Source: Callorhinchus milii
Lineage: Eukaryota
DNA length: 64,000 bases
Direction: 5' to 3'
NCBI RefSeq assembly: GCF_018977255.1
Contig: NW_024704742.1
Span: forward strand, 132,496,001 to 132,560,000
Part shown: piece by piece, positions 1-13,745 of the stretch
Layout: each line of letters begins with the position of its first letter
How positions within the stretch are numbered: the stretch's first letter is position 1
The notes under the pieces: generated by a model
Told to the model about the DNA's origin: nothing
Seen by the model: the letters and a program-made list of their open reading frames with translations, nothing else
The model's database searches: none
Translations under genes and position numbers: made by a program

Positions 1-763
1 TGTAACACAGTATCCCATGAAAAATCAGGCGGTGAATTTAACTTTAGAATTGTTTGCCAGGACATCGGAAGAAACTCCCTTCCGATTGAATAGTGTCATG
101 GGTTCTTTAACATCCTCCTGAAGTTCACAAGACCTCAGTTTAACATCTCATTTAAATGATGGCTCTTTCAACATTAGAGCACTTTCCTAATATTGCTCTG
201 GAGTGTCAGAGTCCCTGACACAAAGTGTGAACCCGCCACCTGCTGACCTGAGGTAAGAGTGCTTCCATCTGAGACCAGCTAACACCTGCGAGAGTGCTAC
301 CAACTGAGCCAGATTGACACCTGCCAGATTGGCTAACCATACAGACAGGTGCCACCGCCCCCACGCTGTGGCTACATAATGTGGCTGGATAAACATTTAA
401 AGAGCAACAAACCAGAAGTTTTTTGGGGGGAAAGAATAAAGAATTGGGATTGGAATAGTTAGCTCCAGTTATGGCACTCACATCTGTTGTAATATCTATT
501 ATTCTATGTTATGCCAATTTAAATGAATAATGACCTGTGCCGTTTCTACTTATTATTACTATAATCCTTTGATTTTGTTTTGACTGATGCAGTAGTTTCA
601 ATAAGATTGAAGATGTCAGTAATTGTCCACGTCTACAGAAATGCATTCTTGTCAGGAGTTGTGCAGGTTTCGGTACAAATCTATCAGAGGAATCGTTCAT
701 TTCAATTCGATTATGTCATCTTTCACTGCCTCAGCATATTTTTTCTTTCACATTGAACTAAGT

Positions 764-1103
764 GGAGTCCTGTAGCATAGTGGTTAGCATGCTCGCCTTG
801 CAAGCAAGAGGACCTGGGTTTGATTCCCAGTTGGGACGCAACTTTAGGCAAGTTTCCTTACTCTACACGCCTCTGTTTACCTTGCAGTAAGTAGGAAGCC
901 GCTTGTTAGTCGGTTGGCGGATCACTTTCCGGGGGATAATAATCCCTCAGTAATAATAATTGCTGTCACTGCTGTGCACAGTTGGCTGCCTCGTTTCGCC
1001 CACAAAATGCACAGTCACTACACTTTACAGGGTATCCTGTGAAGCGCCTTGAGACATCTCGCAGACATGATAAGACACTATATCAAATGCAAGGATTATT
1101 ATT
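764..1103 (+). mobile_element. tRNA-derived SINE, long variant
   Basis: GGAGTCCTGTAG head with A/B-box-like motifs; internal CTCTGTTTACC...GATCACTTTCC block; L2-type 3' end and (ATT)n. Confidence 0.85.
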
Positions 1104-1210
1104 AACTATTTATACTTCCAAATTCCATCAGTCCCATTTCCTGCTACCCTGTATGTATCTGTTACTGTGTGACAATGATTTTCATAGAAATATTATCCTT
1201 TGTTTTGCAG

Positions 1211-1270
1211 GCGAATGGTTGCCAGACAGAACCGCCACCAAGAGCAAATTTTGCAGCTACTGCCAGTCAG
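1211..1270 (+). CDS. DNAI1: DNAI1 coding exon (equiv. human exon 8), 60 nt, [20 protein letters not shown]
   Basis: ttttgcag acceptor and gtaaaa donor; translation matches human DNAI1 [20 protein letters not shown]; phase 0/0. Confidence 0.95.
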
Positions 1271-1752
1271 GTAAAAATGTGCATATGCAATGCGTTTTCA
1301 TTTTAACTGGTTGCCAATTGATTCTGTAAGTTGTACGGTGTAGAATTATGATAGTATCACTGGGGTATGGGAATAATGTACCTCTGAGTTGTGCTCTATC
1401 CTGAACTGTTTTTTAATTCACTATTGCTGCTCCTCCATATCCTAATTCATATCATACATGCCTTTTGTTTGTTAAATTTTATATATTTTGTATATTTACC
1501 TCTGTACACTATAATACCTATCCAAATCAAATGTCATTTGTGGCATATTTATATCTGAGTTCCACTAGTGAGTTCTGAGTCATCCTTCAACAGCAAAACT
1601 GCATTTTCCTTTGAAATATACAAGAAAAAAGTAGCTGTAGTAATAGGTGCAGTATAACTGTACCGTTTGTTTCTTTTATGTTTTTATGCTGAAGAGGACT
1701 CATGCTGTTGGTTTGATTGTGTATATGACTTGCTTTTTGCTGTTGTGTTCAG

Positions 1753-1881
1753 TGGGAAATATTTGACGCCTATACAGAAGAACTGGAGAAGCTAGAGAGC
1801 AAGAAAGAAAAGCCCAAAGCAGCAGCTGTGAAAAAAGAAGAGAGGTTAACAAAGAAGAAACAAACAACCATTGAAAGCCAG
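1753..1881 (+). CDS. DNAI1: DNAI1 coding exon (equiv. exon 9), 129 nt, WEIFDAYTEELEKLESKKEKPKAAAVKKEERLTKKKQTTIESQ
   Basis: gttcag / gtaagt; similar to human WEIYDAYVEELEKQE...MESQ; phase 0/0. Confidence 0.95.
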
Positions 1882-2426
1882 GTAAGTGTTCGGTTAGCTA
1901 GCAAGAAATGTTTTAGGTAAAATAAATAGTATGGTGACTTTTGCTGCCTTTCCAAAGTGTAATCACTACAATGTTCAAAATTTTTCAAAATTTTTTCAAA
2001 AGTCAAAATTTTGTTGTTTGTAGCTGAAAGTACTGGGAAAGCAGGTGGTAGTTATTTTAGGAACTGCAGACTTCTAGATATGAACTATATATTTTTCCTT
2101 AGATTTATTTGCACTTTGTTTGATTTCTTTGTCACATTGATCTTCATAATAGCTGCTTTAATTGAACTCATTCTTCTCAGACAGCTTGAAACAAAGATTT
2201 TGGATTAGTCATAAAATACACTAAATATTAATGGATATATCATTTCTTTGATGTCTATAATCTTTAACATTTAGTTTTATTTATTTGCACTATTTGTATC
2301 TTTTGTCAATATTATCTATTCACAATTTAAATGGAGTTCATCTGTGTATCCATGTATCATTACTATTTACAAATGCATTTTTATTAGAAGTATCTGTCTT
2401 TTATAAAACAAAATGTTTGCTTTTAA

Positions 2427-2682
2427 ATTCCAAGGGCGAAACCTTGGGCAAATTTCCTCACTCCACACGCCTAATAATAATCCCTCCAAAAACATAACAA
2501 TAATAAATTGGTCGCTTTCAATCCACGACTGTTTGTGGGACATTGCTGTGCGCAACTGGCTGCTGCGTTTCGCCCACAACTATACGGTCAATTCACTTTA
2601 TAGTCTATTCTGTGAAGCGCTTTGAGATGTCGAGAAGACATGAAGAGCGCTATATCAAATGCAAGGATTATTATTATTATTA
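2427..2682 (+). mobile_element. tRNA-SINE short variant, 5'-truncated, GAGAA loop
   Basis: Matches the body of the 17233 and 40948 copies. Confidence 0.85.
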
Positions 2683-4209
2683 TAATATCTCAAGAGTGGT
2701 ACCTGATTCTGACTAGTATTGTTCTGCATCCATATAAGAAATAAATACCAGCATATACATGGTTATTACACTATGCATTAATACATGTATTTTGGGATTT
2801 ATCTTGTCAGAAAAAATCAAATCACAAATTACAATAGCATCCTGATACATCCCCTTTAAGATCTTGCAGACGTGCAGTATCATTGAAGAACATGATAAGC
2901 TAACTACAAGTGCTCCAAGATGCTGTCCTGTGTGAAGGGCACTATATAAATGCAAATTGTTGTTGTTGTCATTTATATATCATCTTTCATGTTGGGAGCA
3001 TCCTGCACTTTTGCACAAGCCTTGGCTGTTGCCAACCTATGACTATTAGTTTTCAGAATAAGGTGAACAAGATGGCTCCATAGTAGTTTGGTTTGGATGG
3101 TGAAAGCATGGTGATAATGCCTTTGGAGGTCAGACGCTTGGTTCATATACTCAGAGCTTGGTATCTACCATGATTTTGCCCAGAAAACATACAGTCACTT
3201 CATTTTATAGTATATTCTGTGAAGCGCTTTGGATCGTCTTAACAATGTGATAGGGTGCTATATCAAATGCAAGAATACTTCCAACTGGTAGAACCACCAT
3301 TTAACGGATAGGAACTTGTGTACAAGCTGAAGGTAGGAGGACAGTGGCAATGCTCTCGCTCATTTCATGCTGAATTGTGCTGCTCACCAAGAGACTTGCA
3401 GAGTTCCTTGCGATCTGCTGTCCACCTAGCAATGCCTCAAACCTGTTTTGGCAGATGTCTAATGTCAAACTAGTGACTATACTCCAGGGGTGGGGGGAGG
3501 GAATGGGGAATTAAGTGGGATGTTCTTGGGGCTGGTTCCAAGGTGACATGCCTGGTTGAAATGACTAAGATCTTCTACCTTTCAAATGCCTACATGCCAT
3601 TGGCCCTTTCCAGATCTTTGATTGTGATCTTCTATGGTCCTACTCCTCCATTCATTTTCTGCTGTGCCATTTCTGGCCTGCTCCATGTCTTCCACCCTTC
3701 TACCTGACCATCAGTGGACAAGTCTTCAGCCACCTTGACCTCTTTCTATTGAACTCTTTGTAATTTGCTTCACCTTGCACCTTTCCTTTGCAATTTCAAA
3801 GCCCTTTTAAAAACCTGTACTTCTGATCTTTACCTCCTAAAAAAAATCCTTACATTTGATATAGCACATTGTCACATCTTTGAATGTCTTGGAGTGCTTC
3901 ACAGGATTTACTGTAAACTGTAGTGACTGTGTTGGTAGGCAAAAGCAGTCATTTTGCATGCAGCAATCTTCCAAAAATAGTCTTGAAATCAGTGTCCTCC
4001 CTCTATCTTTCCTCATGCTCGGGTTCTCAATCTATTTCTATAAAGCATTTAGAGATGTTTAATTATATGAAAGATGCTTTAAAAGTGTTAATTGTTCAAT
4101 TTTTACGTATATATATAAATACATAAAAATTGAACGCAAATATACATACCAGTTTTACATCCTTGTTTTCGGCTTTGAGTTTATATTTTTTTGTTTGTAT
4201 TTGCTCTAG

Positions 4210-4294
4210 AGTGATGATATTTCAAGAGTTGCTAAAGCTGCTAAAATAGTAGAACGAATGGTGAACCAGAATGCGTTTGATGACATTGCACAAG
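4210..4294 (+). CDS. DNAI1: DNAI1 coding exon (equiv. exon 10), 85 nt, SDDISRVAKAAKIVERMVNQNAFDDIAQ(D)
   Basis: ctctag / gtaaga; conserved ERMVNQN motif of dynein intermediate chains; phase 0/1. Confidence 0.96.
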
Positions 4295-5074
4295 GTAAGA
4301 TAGACTAAATTGTCATGCTTTATGTTAAATAGACAGTGTTACAAGAAAAGCATGATCACGCTCTCATTGCTGAACTAACATTCCTTCTTTTGGAATAAAG
4401 AGGAAATGGAAGGATGGTCCCCCTCCTCAAACAAAAACATAATTGCTACAGGACTTGAAACCACATTCTGTCACTCTTTACATTGGAATAACCTTTTGCA
4501 CTCCTGCAGTTAATGTCAAATATGATTGATTTTAAAATTGCTTGTCAACCCCTTAAAAGGCTCTTACTCCAGCATTACTGAATAGAAGCAAATGTAAGTA
4601 ATGAAAACACTAATGGTTTCATTGTTTGTAAGTTAATGGTAAGAATCCATTTGAGCATTAATGAATACAATCAATGCAAATGAAAACATAAACAGTTCTA
4701 TCTTTAGTAAGTTAATGATAAAATGCAATCAGTTGAAATACTTTTTTACAACATTAGCTCGTTAACTTAGTTCATCCTTTGCCAACATGTAAATGTTGAA
4801 TTGCCTCTCTTCTACTTTTATTATTGCATCCCGTTGGAAACAAGATCCCACTCAGCTTTTCTTCACTACTTTAAAATATCATCATGATGGATTTTAAAGA
4901 ATATTCATATTCAAGGTGTGTTTGCATCCTTTAACAACAACAACTTGCATTTATATAGTGCCCTTCTGGGGACCAGGGTCTCGGAGAGCTTATCAGCTTA
5001 GAACAATGGGGTTCTTCTGCTCTGTTCCCTTATCGTAGTAATTCATACAATCCATGATTGTTTGTGGGACACTA

Positions 5075-5792
5075 AAATCTCACGGTTCTCACCTCCACCT
5101 ACCCGACTTCCTTCTAAAATGCTCCAAACCCGTACGCAACCTGTGAAACCCCCCACATCCGGTCCCTCACCAGCACTGCTTTCTTCAATGCATCGCCCGT
5201 CTCCGCCAACACCTCTCTCCGAAAGCCGCTGAAACCCTCGGCTGGACTATTCAAACGCCCTTCGCTGGTCTCCCTTCCGCTACCATCCATAAAATCCAGA
5301 TTATACAAAACTCTGACACCCGCATTCTCACCCGCACCAAACCCCACTTCCCGATTACCCCAGTCCTTGCCAGACTGCACTGGCTGCCTGTCCCAGAGAG
5401 GATCGACTTCAAGATCCTCACCCTTGTATTCAACTCCCTGCACTCCTCTGCTCCCCCCTACCTCTCTGACCTCTCTCCTCAAAACAGTGCCCGTTGCCTT
5501 CGTTCCTCTAGGTCTGGCCTCCTCCTTGTCTCCCGAGTCCGCCGCTCCACTCTCGGCACCCGTGCCTTCAGCCACTATGCCCTGAGGCTCTGGAACTCCC
5601 TTCCTCACTCCCTTCGCCTCACCCCCTCTCTTCCTATTTTCAGGTCTTGGCTGAAGCCCTTTTTTTTCGACCGCGCCCTTGGTCACCTTCCTTCCCCTCC
5701 CCCCGGCTCGGTCCCAGGATCCGTTACTGTGAAGCACTCTGAGATGCCGTCCGGCATGGAGGGCGCTATATAAATCCAAGTTGTTGTTGTTG
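5075..5792 (+). mobile_element. L2 LINE 3' fragment (GTCC-loop subfamily)
   Basis: LHWLPVPERIDFKIL-type sequence; tail GAGATGCCGTCCGGCATGGAGGGCGCTATATAAATCCAAG(TTG)n; very similar to 55185-55603. Confidence 0.9.
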
Positions 5793-8224
5793 ACAATATC
5801 GTGCGCAATTGGCTGCCGCGTTTTGCCCACAAAATGTACAGTCAGTTCACTTTACAGTATATTCTGTGAAACACTTTGAGATATCAAGATGTGATAAAGC
5901 GCTTTATCAAATGCAATGATTAATATTAGTGGATTTCCAAGTATATTCGCATACTTAAAGATTGATAGAGTTAGCAACATGGTTGATCTGTAATTCAACA
6001 TCATTTGCCTGAATTTTCTCTCTAGACCCTGATACTCTTACTAGCCAAGTATTTATCTGTGTCCCTCTTAAACATCCTCACCGGCTCTGCATAACCAGTC
6101 TTATGTGGAAATGAATTCCACAATCCCACAGCTCTCTGAGTAAAGATATGTCTTTTGATTTCACTATTAACACATCCAGCACTAATTCAATTATGCCCTC
6201 TTGTTTCATTCTGTCAGTTCTCTTTACACTTTAATCAGATTACTGTCCAATCTCTTCTGTTTGAGGAGTACAGCCGCAATTTGCCTCATAACTAAGCCCC
6301 TTTAATCCAGATATCATTCTGCCTCCCAACCCAAGTATGTCACAAATTCAGATTGCTTTTCCCTTAACCTCAATTTGAACCATTTGGCTTCCTTCTATTC
6401 ATACATTCATTCATTCCAATCTTATTTATTGTTTCAATAGTGGTTGAGTTGAAATGGAATGCACAAGCAACACTTGTCATCTTTGACTAAATGTACATAT
6501 TATACTTTGAATATCATGTCTAAATTGAAATTGGTACTATCCTTTTCACTTAATCCTTAGATTGTTGTCATGTCTGGGGAATTTCAGGCTTCTTGAGTTG
6601 GTTATTTATATTTTGAGCTCACACACTGCATTTTATTCCTGCAATATTTACTCTATAATAAAAATATATATTGTAAATTATTTTGTATTCCAATATGGTG
6701 CAGTTTTGGAGATAAAACCTACATTTTAAGGAATAATTTGAGCTCTCAATTGTTTGAAAAAACACTTCCAAAGTACTTGAATTTTAAGTTTTTTTTATGT
6801 GTTTTTATGTGTTGAACGAGGAGGGTTCCTTACAGAATGAGTTGTTTCATCTATGGCACTAGAGCTGAATCATACCCAGAGTAGATGTCTGTGACACAGT
6901 GAGGACTAAGAAGAAATAAAAGAACTTACATTTTATGGAACCTATAAACATCTCAATGTGTTCTACAGTATTTAGGTTCAATTGTGGGTTTAAACTCCAT
7001 GTTGTGAATTTCAATTCACATAGTCTGAAGGCTGAAACTTCATTGCAATGTTGCGGGGAGCATTTCATTGTTTGAGCTGCCATTCTACACATGAAAGATT
7101 AAACCGAGGTCCATCTGCCCATTCAGGTGGATGTTAAAGATCCCATGGCACTATTTGAAAAGAGAAGAGTTTCTCCTGGTGTCCTGGCCAACAGTTCTTC
7201 AGATAAAATTGATCATTTACTCCATGCCTGTTTGTGGGGCATTGATGTGTGCAAATTGCTGCAAAGCGTTCGCCTACAAATACACAGTCACTATATGTAT
7301 AATCCTTTGAAGTACTTTAAATGTCTTGATGACAAGATAAGGCAATAAAGCAAATATAAAGATGATTATCAATTACCGTCAAGAAAATGGATTGTTCTTG
7401 AAACGAAATGCAATGGTCGTTTTGCGCATAGATAGCAAAGCTTTGGAACCGCAATAAATAATAATAATAATCCTTGTATTTGATATAGCACCTTATCACA
7501 TCTTCGAGATGTCTCAAAAGTGCTTCATAGAATAGACTTAAAAGTGAATTGACTGTATATTTTATGCAAAACACGGCAGCCAAAGTGAATGACCAATTAA
7601 TGTGGACGATTGTTGGCTAGCATTCAGTCTCTGAAGTCAGTTTTTTGTTGGTTTTAAAAGAACTTTCAGAAAACTGGCTCCACGTTCCAACGTGGAGCTT
7701 GAACTCATAACCTTCTGACTCTGGTTCTACCAATTAACTGAGCTAAGTAGACATAACTACTCAATAAGAGTAGGTAATCCTCTGGTTGATAGCTGGAGGC
7801 TTTCTCCCTTCTGCCAGTTGTGGATATCCAATGACTTCCACCAAACTTAGCTTTCATCACTATTATCCCATCAGCATAATCCCTTAAAAAATATATAAAT
7901 ATTTGGTCACTCAATCCACGACTGTTTGTGGGACACTGCTGTGCGCAATTCGCTGCCATGTTTCGCCCACAAAATATACCGTCATTTTACTTTACAGTAT
8001 ATTCTGTGAAGGGCTTTGAGACGTCTCGAAGATGCGAAAAGGCGCTGTGTCAAATGCGAGGATTATTATTAATAAGCTGTCTTAAAAGTGAACCTTTAAT
8101 TATTTTTTGCATTGACGAGCTGTAATTACAAGAGAGACGTTTGACCTCACCAACATTTTAACTTTATCAATGAAACGCGGGTTAATTACATTCCATGTTC
8201 AATTTATTTTCTGGAAATATGCAG

Positions 8225-8342
8225 ATTTTAAGTACTTTGAAGATCCTTCTGATGAGTTCAGAGAACAGGAAGGTACTCTGCTCCCTCTGTGGAAGTTCCA
8301 GTATGACAAGGCCAAGAGGTTAGCAGTTACTGCCATCTGCTG
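8225..8342 (+). CDS. DNAI1: DNAI1 coding exon (equiv. exon 11), 118 nt, (D)[38 protein letters not shown](W)
   Basis: atgcag / gtaagt; GTLLPLWKF motif; phase 1/2. Confidence 0.97.
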
Positions 8343-8677
8343 GTAAGTGTCATATATTGCAATTGTCCTTTCAAACTCGTTATATTACAGACTTGAAATC
8401 ATAGCAAGTGTCTGTTATTTGCTGCATAAAAGTGCACTGGACCTGTATATTGCATTGTTGGGTCTTGCGAGGCAGCAGCGGATGAAATGAGTTCTCGAAA
8501 TTTAGCTGCGATGCAAGCTTTCTCACTAAGTGACCGAATTGAAGAGATTAAGCTCTGGTTTTCTCTCTGTGATACTGATGTAAGCAATACTGATGGCTGC
8601 TGATCAGTATGGAAAAGAGGGGATTAAAATGTAATTAAACAGGAATATGTGCTATCATCTCTGTTTGTAACTTTCAG

Positions 8678-8721
8678 GAATCCAAAATACGTTGACCTTT
8701 TCGCTGTCGGATATGGCTCTT
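8678..8721 (+). CDS. DNAI1: DNAI1 coding exon (equiv. exon 12), 44 nt, (W)NPKYVDLFAVGYGS(Y)
   Basis: ctttcag / gtaagt; matches human WNPKYRDLFAVGYGSY; phase 2/1. Confidence 0.96.
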
Positions 8722-9289
8722 GTAAGTAGTAATTTTAAATGACTTGTGCTGATGATAGTTACTTCAATTGAGTGTACGCTGTATTGCACAAATACAATAC
8801 AATTTACATTTGTATAATGCAATTTACATCGGGAGGATGTTCCAAAGCGCATTCACATTGCTGAATGGGCACTGAAGCTAAGGGTGGGAGCCTGGGGAGG
8901 GGTGTGGGCAGTGGAGAGGGGAAAGACGATCAAAAGTGTAATCAATGAGGCATGTTTCAAAACAATCTTTGTAAGAGGGGAGAGTTAGAGCAAATCAGAG
9001 GATAGAGTTCCAGAGAGTAGGAGCAGAATGTCTAAAAGCCCATCTGCCAATGATGGGGAGGATCGGGTGGGAAGCATGAAGAATGCCTGAATGAAGGGAG
9101 CAGCTGATTTGATAAGGCTATAGTAGGTCACAGGGATAGGGTGAAGGAATTTAAAGGTGAAAACAAGAATTCTGATCTTGATTCACTGGGGGATATTGAG
9201 CTAATGAAGCCAAATAATGGTTTGTGCAACTGAAATAATCCTGCTTCCCAGTAAAGCAAAGACCTTCCATAATCCTGGCAACAGTACAT

Positions 9290-9775
9290 TCGCAGTGAGG
9301 TACGCTCGCAAACAAGAGGACCCAGGTTTGATTCCCAGGCAGGGTGAATCCTTAGGCAACAACAACAACAAATTATATTTGTATAGTGCCTTTCACATCA
9401 GGAGGATACTCCACACACTTCTGTTTACCTAGCAGTAATTTATTTTAATTAAGTTGCAAGGCTATGGGGAAAAAGCAGGGAGTGGGACTAATTGGATAGC
9501 TCTTTCAAAGAGCTGTCACAGGCACAATGGGCCGAATAGCCTCCTTTTATGATTCAGTAAATAGGAACCCAGTTGTTAGTTGATTGTCAGATCACTTTCC
9601 TGAAGTAATAACCCCTTCCAAAAAAAATTTGATCACTTAATCCATGGCTGTTTGTGGGACACAGCTTTGCCCACAAAATACATAGTCACTCCACTTTACA
9701 ATATAATCTTTGAAGCACTTTGACATGTCTCAATGATAAGGTGCAATGTCAAATGCAGGGATTATTCTTATTATA
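9290..9775 (+). mobile_element. Long-variant tRNA-SINE carrying two nested insertions
   Basis: SINE segments separated by an antisense L2 tail (9357-9407) and a CR1 3' piece (9439-9554). Confidence 0.75.
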
Positions 9776-12700
9776 ATTCTGTGTGTCTTGGTTTTCTTCA
9801 TTTCTCATGATGTTTGTTAGAATTTTGTAGACTAGAACGAGCGTTCTGACTTGCCTCCTGCTGCTCTGAATGCTGATCAGACATCAATCTGTCTGGAACC
9901 AAAACATCCTAATCTTTTCCAACATAATTATCATTACATTTACTGCTGTCGACATTGTTTTCGGATTCATCCAGTTGAAGGGATTGTACGTGATAATTTG
10001 GAATGTCAAACATCAGATTGCATTCATTATCGCTGGTAGAATGATCATTACAGACGCTACAGTTGCCTTGAAGCTGCTTCAATCAGAGATAATTTGTTGT
10101 AAATTGCATTTTTGCTATTTGTGATTGAATTTTCTTAACTTTTTACGGAACCTCTTAAGAAAGCCATTTAACCCGTCACAACTGTTCGCACCATTTTTAT
10201 TGGATCGTGGCAGCACTTCATATATTTTAATCCCATTTCAACCTTTTTTCATTGCCAAATCTCTGTATCTCACTTTTAATTCTTCCTCTAAACTAAGGTT
10301 GTAATTGGAAACATAGCAATATAATTCCTTCTCTGTTTCTGTTGATAATCAGATAACCCCTTGGTATTTCTATAACATTTTGCCCAGATGGTCCAAACTT
10401 GCTCAGTCATTAAGAAAATGTTAACAAATTTACGCAGTGCATAGAACTTTCACACTCTAGGGTATGGTGGTAAACTATTAAGATTGCAGTCACATCTTTG
10501 ACCAAGGGATTCTGTTTATAACATGAATAATTGTTCTTTTAATTGCAAATTATGGTGTTTCCATTCGCTAGCACTGCCTCCTTGCAGGGCAATTCCCCTA
10601 TGAGACCTCTCCTATTAGGTTTCTTTTTATCTTATAAGGTGAGTGTGCTGAATCTGCAGTTGGCTTTGGTGCAGAGACTGGCTGCCATCCTGCTCATTAA
10701 AAAAATTGTCTTCTAGTAATCAGGTTGTCACGGACAATACTTTTTGCACACTGGACACTTTTTTTTCCAGAATACAGTTTTGGGAGATGGGCAAATGCAA
10801 AAGTAAATCTTACTTTTTTTTAGCAAAAGAAAAGCTATTTCCCTCATAGAAAACTGGAGCTCCTGCCCCTGATGAGATCATTCCTGACCTTTTGGGAACA
10901 TCACCTGGTTGTCCTAGATTTGATATCCTTTACTTTCCATGTGAATTATCCTTTTCAGCTTTTAGACGTGGGAAGCATCAGTTTCGAGAATAAATTGTGA
11001 TGAATCAATGAGTACAATTTGGTTCTCAAAGGGTTAATTGGTTTGGGCGGTTTGCACAGTATGGACAAGGTTGCACAATGGGCTTTTGAATCCAAGCTGC
11101 CCACTGTTGCAGAAAGTGCCCAGCGAGATTTGAAACATTGCCTCAATTCGGTAAACTTATTGTTTGCAGATAATCTAGTGAAGTAAGCACTACAAAGTGA
11201 GTCTGTAAGTCAACACACCATTTGTTCTTTGGCTCTTTGGTTATTCTAGCTTGTGCCAGAGGGGAATAAAGCAGCCACGCATCTGAATTGTGTATAATAA
11301 ATGTCAGTTAGCTGCCTCTAGTGAGAAGACTAATCAGAGTTGTTGCACATGCTGATGCACGAATCTTGGGTTTTCAAGTTTGTCATGTATAAAACATCCT
11401 CTCCACTGGCTGTGAAAGTTTTTTTTCAATCACTTTTCTTTTTACAATCACTTTTTTTTTCACAAACAACAAACCTAGGGAGACAGTGGAAGCAGAAAGT
11501 CGTGTGTTTCAAGAACAAATTAGATACAGTGTATAGTTTGGGACACAACCTATCAAGGGATTGCCAGGATAATGGAAGAAGAACTGGATAGACCTTGGTC
11601 TTCATTTGCCTAGCAAATTATTATGTTTGTTCTTAAATAGTTTTTGTCAAATTATTTGTGAACTTTGAAAATAATACCTTTTATAATGGAGTATTACCTT
11701 TATTTTAAAAGAGAATCTATTCCATCTTATTTTCCTACCTTTTCCCCATGCCCAAGAAAATTACTCCTATTTAGAGATCTATCTAGTTCCCACTTGAAAA
11801 TTAATACGGATTCTGCCTGATCTCTGCATGCACCAGAGCATTCCACATATTAACGCCTCTTTATGTAAAACAATCCCTCCTAATCTCCCCTTTTTCTCTG
11901 TTGTTATCTTAAATTGGTTTTGTGATATTTCTTCATAGGATTCCTTAATAAAGATTAAATATTGCCTGGCTCGTTTGGGTAACTGGAAGTATGTCAGATT
12001 GACCTGTAGGAGCTCTGCTCCAATGTAAATACATCAATACAACAAAAACAGCTCACATTTATATAGTGCCCTTCATACGGGGTGGAGTCCCGGAGCGCTT
12101 AACACTGGCCAAGGTTCAGAGAAAATACTAAAAACCTCAAGTGAAATGAGATTAGAATTTTTTTTCATACAAAGATGTGGAACAAAAGCTTTGAATGCTG
12201 TATTGTTTATTTTATTCTCAAATATTTGGTTTGGAAAGAGACTGACTGAGGTTTATAGAAATAAATATTCACAGAGATGATGATCAAATACTCCAGCCCT
12301 ATGTGGCTAGGACTGGAAATAACTGAGTATAGGAATTGTTTTGGCTTGAATAATGGCAACAAAAGAACAGATGGAAATGATTACATTTTACTGGATTATT
12401 TGGGGGATATTGGGGGAGAAATTTCACAAGCCGAGTGATTACGGTTTGTTCAAGAAGCCGATTTGTATAGTTCAAATGGCCATTCCTTAGAGCTAGTCTC
12501 CTAGACAGGGGGATGTTTTTGGCTGTTGTGCGACCATGCTGAAAAAAATACTATATTAAATTAATAAAGCAACTCAAACCTTATGGACAAGTTAGTTAAT
12601 ATTGCTAAATTAGCCCTGTCAGACTAAAACAAATATTTACATGCACTCAGATAGCATGTCAGCCTGGATCATTTGATGTGTCGACCTGGCTCAATTGGTA

Positions 12701-12958
12701 GCACTCTCACCTGAGTTGAAAGGTTCCATATTAGGACTTGGAACCCATATAGTCTATGCCGATACTCCAATGCGGTACTGGAGGTGTTCTGTATTATCGG
12801 GAGGTAACGGCCTTCAGAAGAGACGTTCAACCTGCCTTTTTTTAATTTTAATATGCTTTGTTTCCTCTTTTTAAAATTCTGTAGGGCTTGTGATGAATGT
12901 CCCTTATCTGTTTTTATAGAGTTTTTATAGCATGATTTTTTTCTCTGTTCTCCCCCAG

Positions 12959-13206
12959 ATGACTTTATGAAGCAGACCCGTGGCATGCTCCTCTTTCACA
13001 CCTTGAAAAATCCTTCCTTCCCAGAGTTTATTTATACTACAGAAAGCAGTATCTTGTGCCTGGACATCCACAGAGTATATCCACATCTCATAGCTGTTGG
13101 TTTTTACGATGGGAGTGTTGCTGTTTATAATATCCATGAAACAACAAATACACCTTCTTACATGAGCACATCAAGGTTTGGCAAACACACCGATCCTGTC
13201 TGGCAG
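12959..13206 (+). CDS. DNAI1: DNAI1 coding exon (equiv. exon 13), 248 nt, (Y)DFMKQTRGMLLFHTLKNPSFPEF...GKHTDPVWQ, WD40 repeats
   Basis: tcccccag / gtcagt; overlaps ORF 12967-13227; LKNPSFPE and GKHxDPVWQ motifs; phase 1/0. Confidence 0.97.
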
Positions 13207-13745
13207 GTCAGTTTCACGCAACGGTGACTAGATCCTTGTATTAAGATTCACAATCTTTGCAGATGTACAGTTAGTCGAACTTTTTAATTTTTCAGCATCT
13301 ATTATCCTAGCGACATGACAGCTCTAATGGTATTTATCGCACTACAACCTGAGAACCTTGTCTACTTTCACTCGACAGGTTTCACCAGATCATATCCAAG
13401 CATAAAAAAATATTTAAGTTGTTAATCAAAATTGTACTGGTGTTGGTGTTGATTCCATTCCAGATAGAAGCATGTCCATGGTTTCAGACACAGTTCTGAA
13501 GGATGTAGTTCTGAAATTTAAATGAAAAGAATGCATAGAATAAAGGGTCCAGCTATTTTCATCGATTTAATCAGTCACTCTAAAATAAGGATAAGTAGTG
13601 CTCATTAATTCTATAATGGAAAACCAGAGAACCAGCAGAATGAATAATAACATCATTACTGAGGCTCATGTTCAGACAATAAACAAGAGTGGGACTCAAT
13701 TATGCCTCTTTTCATTTGTATCCAGACTTTATAATAATATACCAT

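Noticed and set aside
5114..5830. 238-aa minus-strand ORF and similar ORFs (54949-55581, 55375-55743, 31679-32629)
   Set aside because: Antisense or shifted frames of C-rich L2 fragments, which are naturally poor in stop codons.
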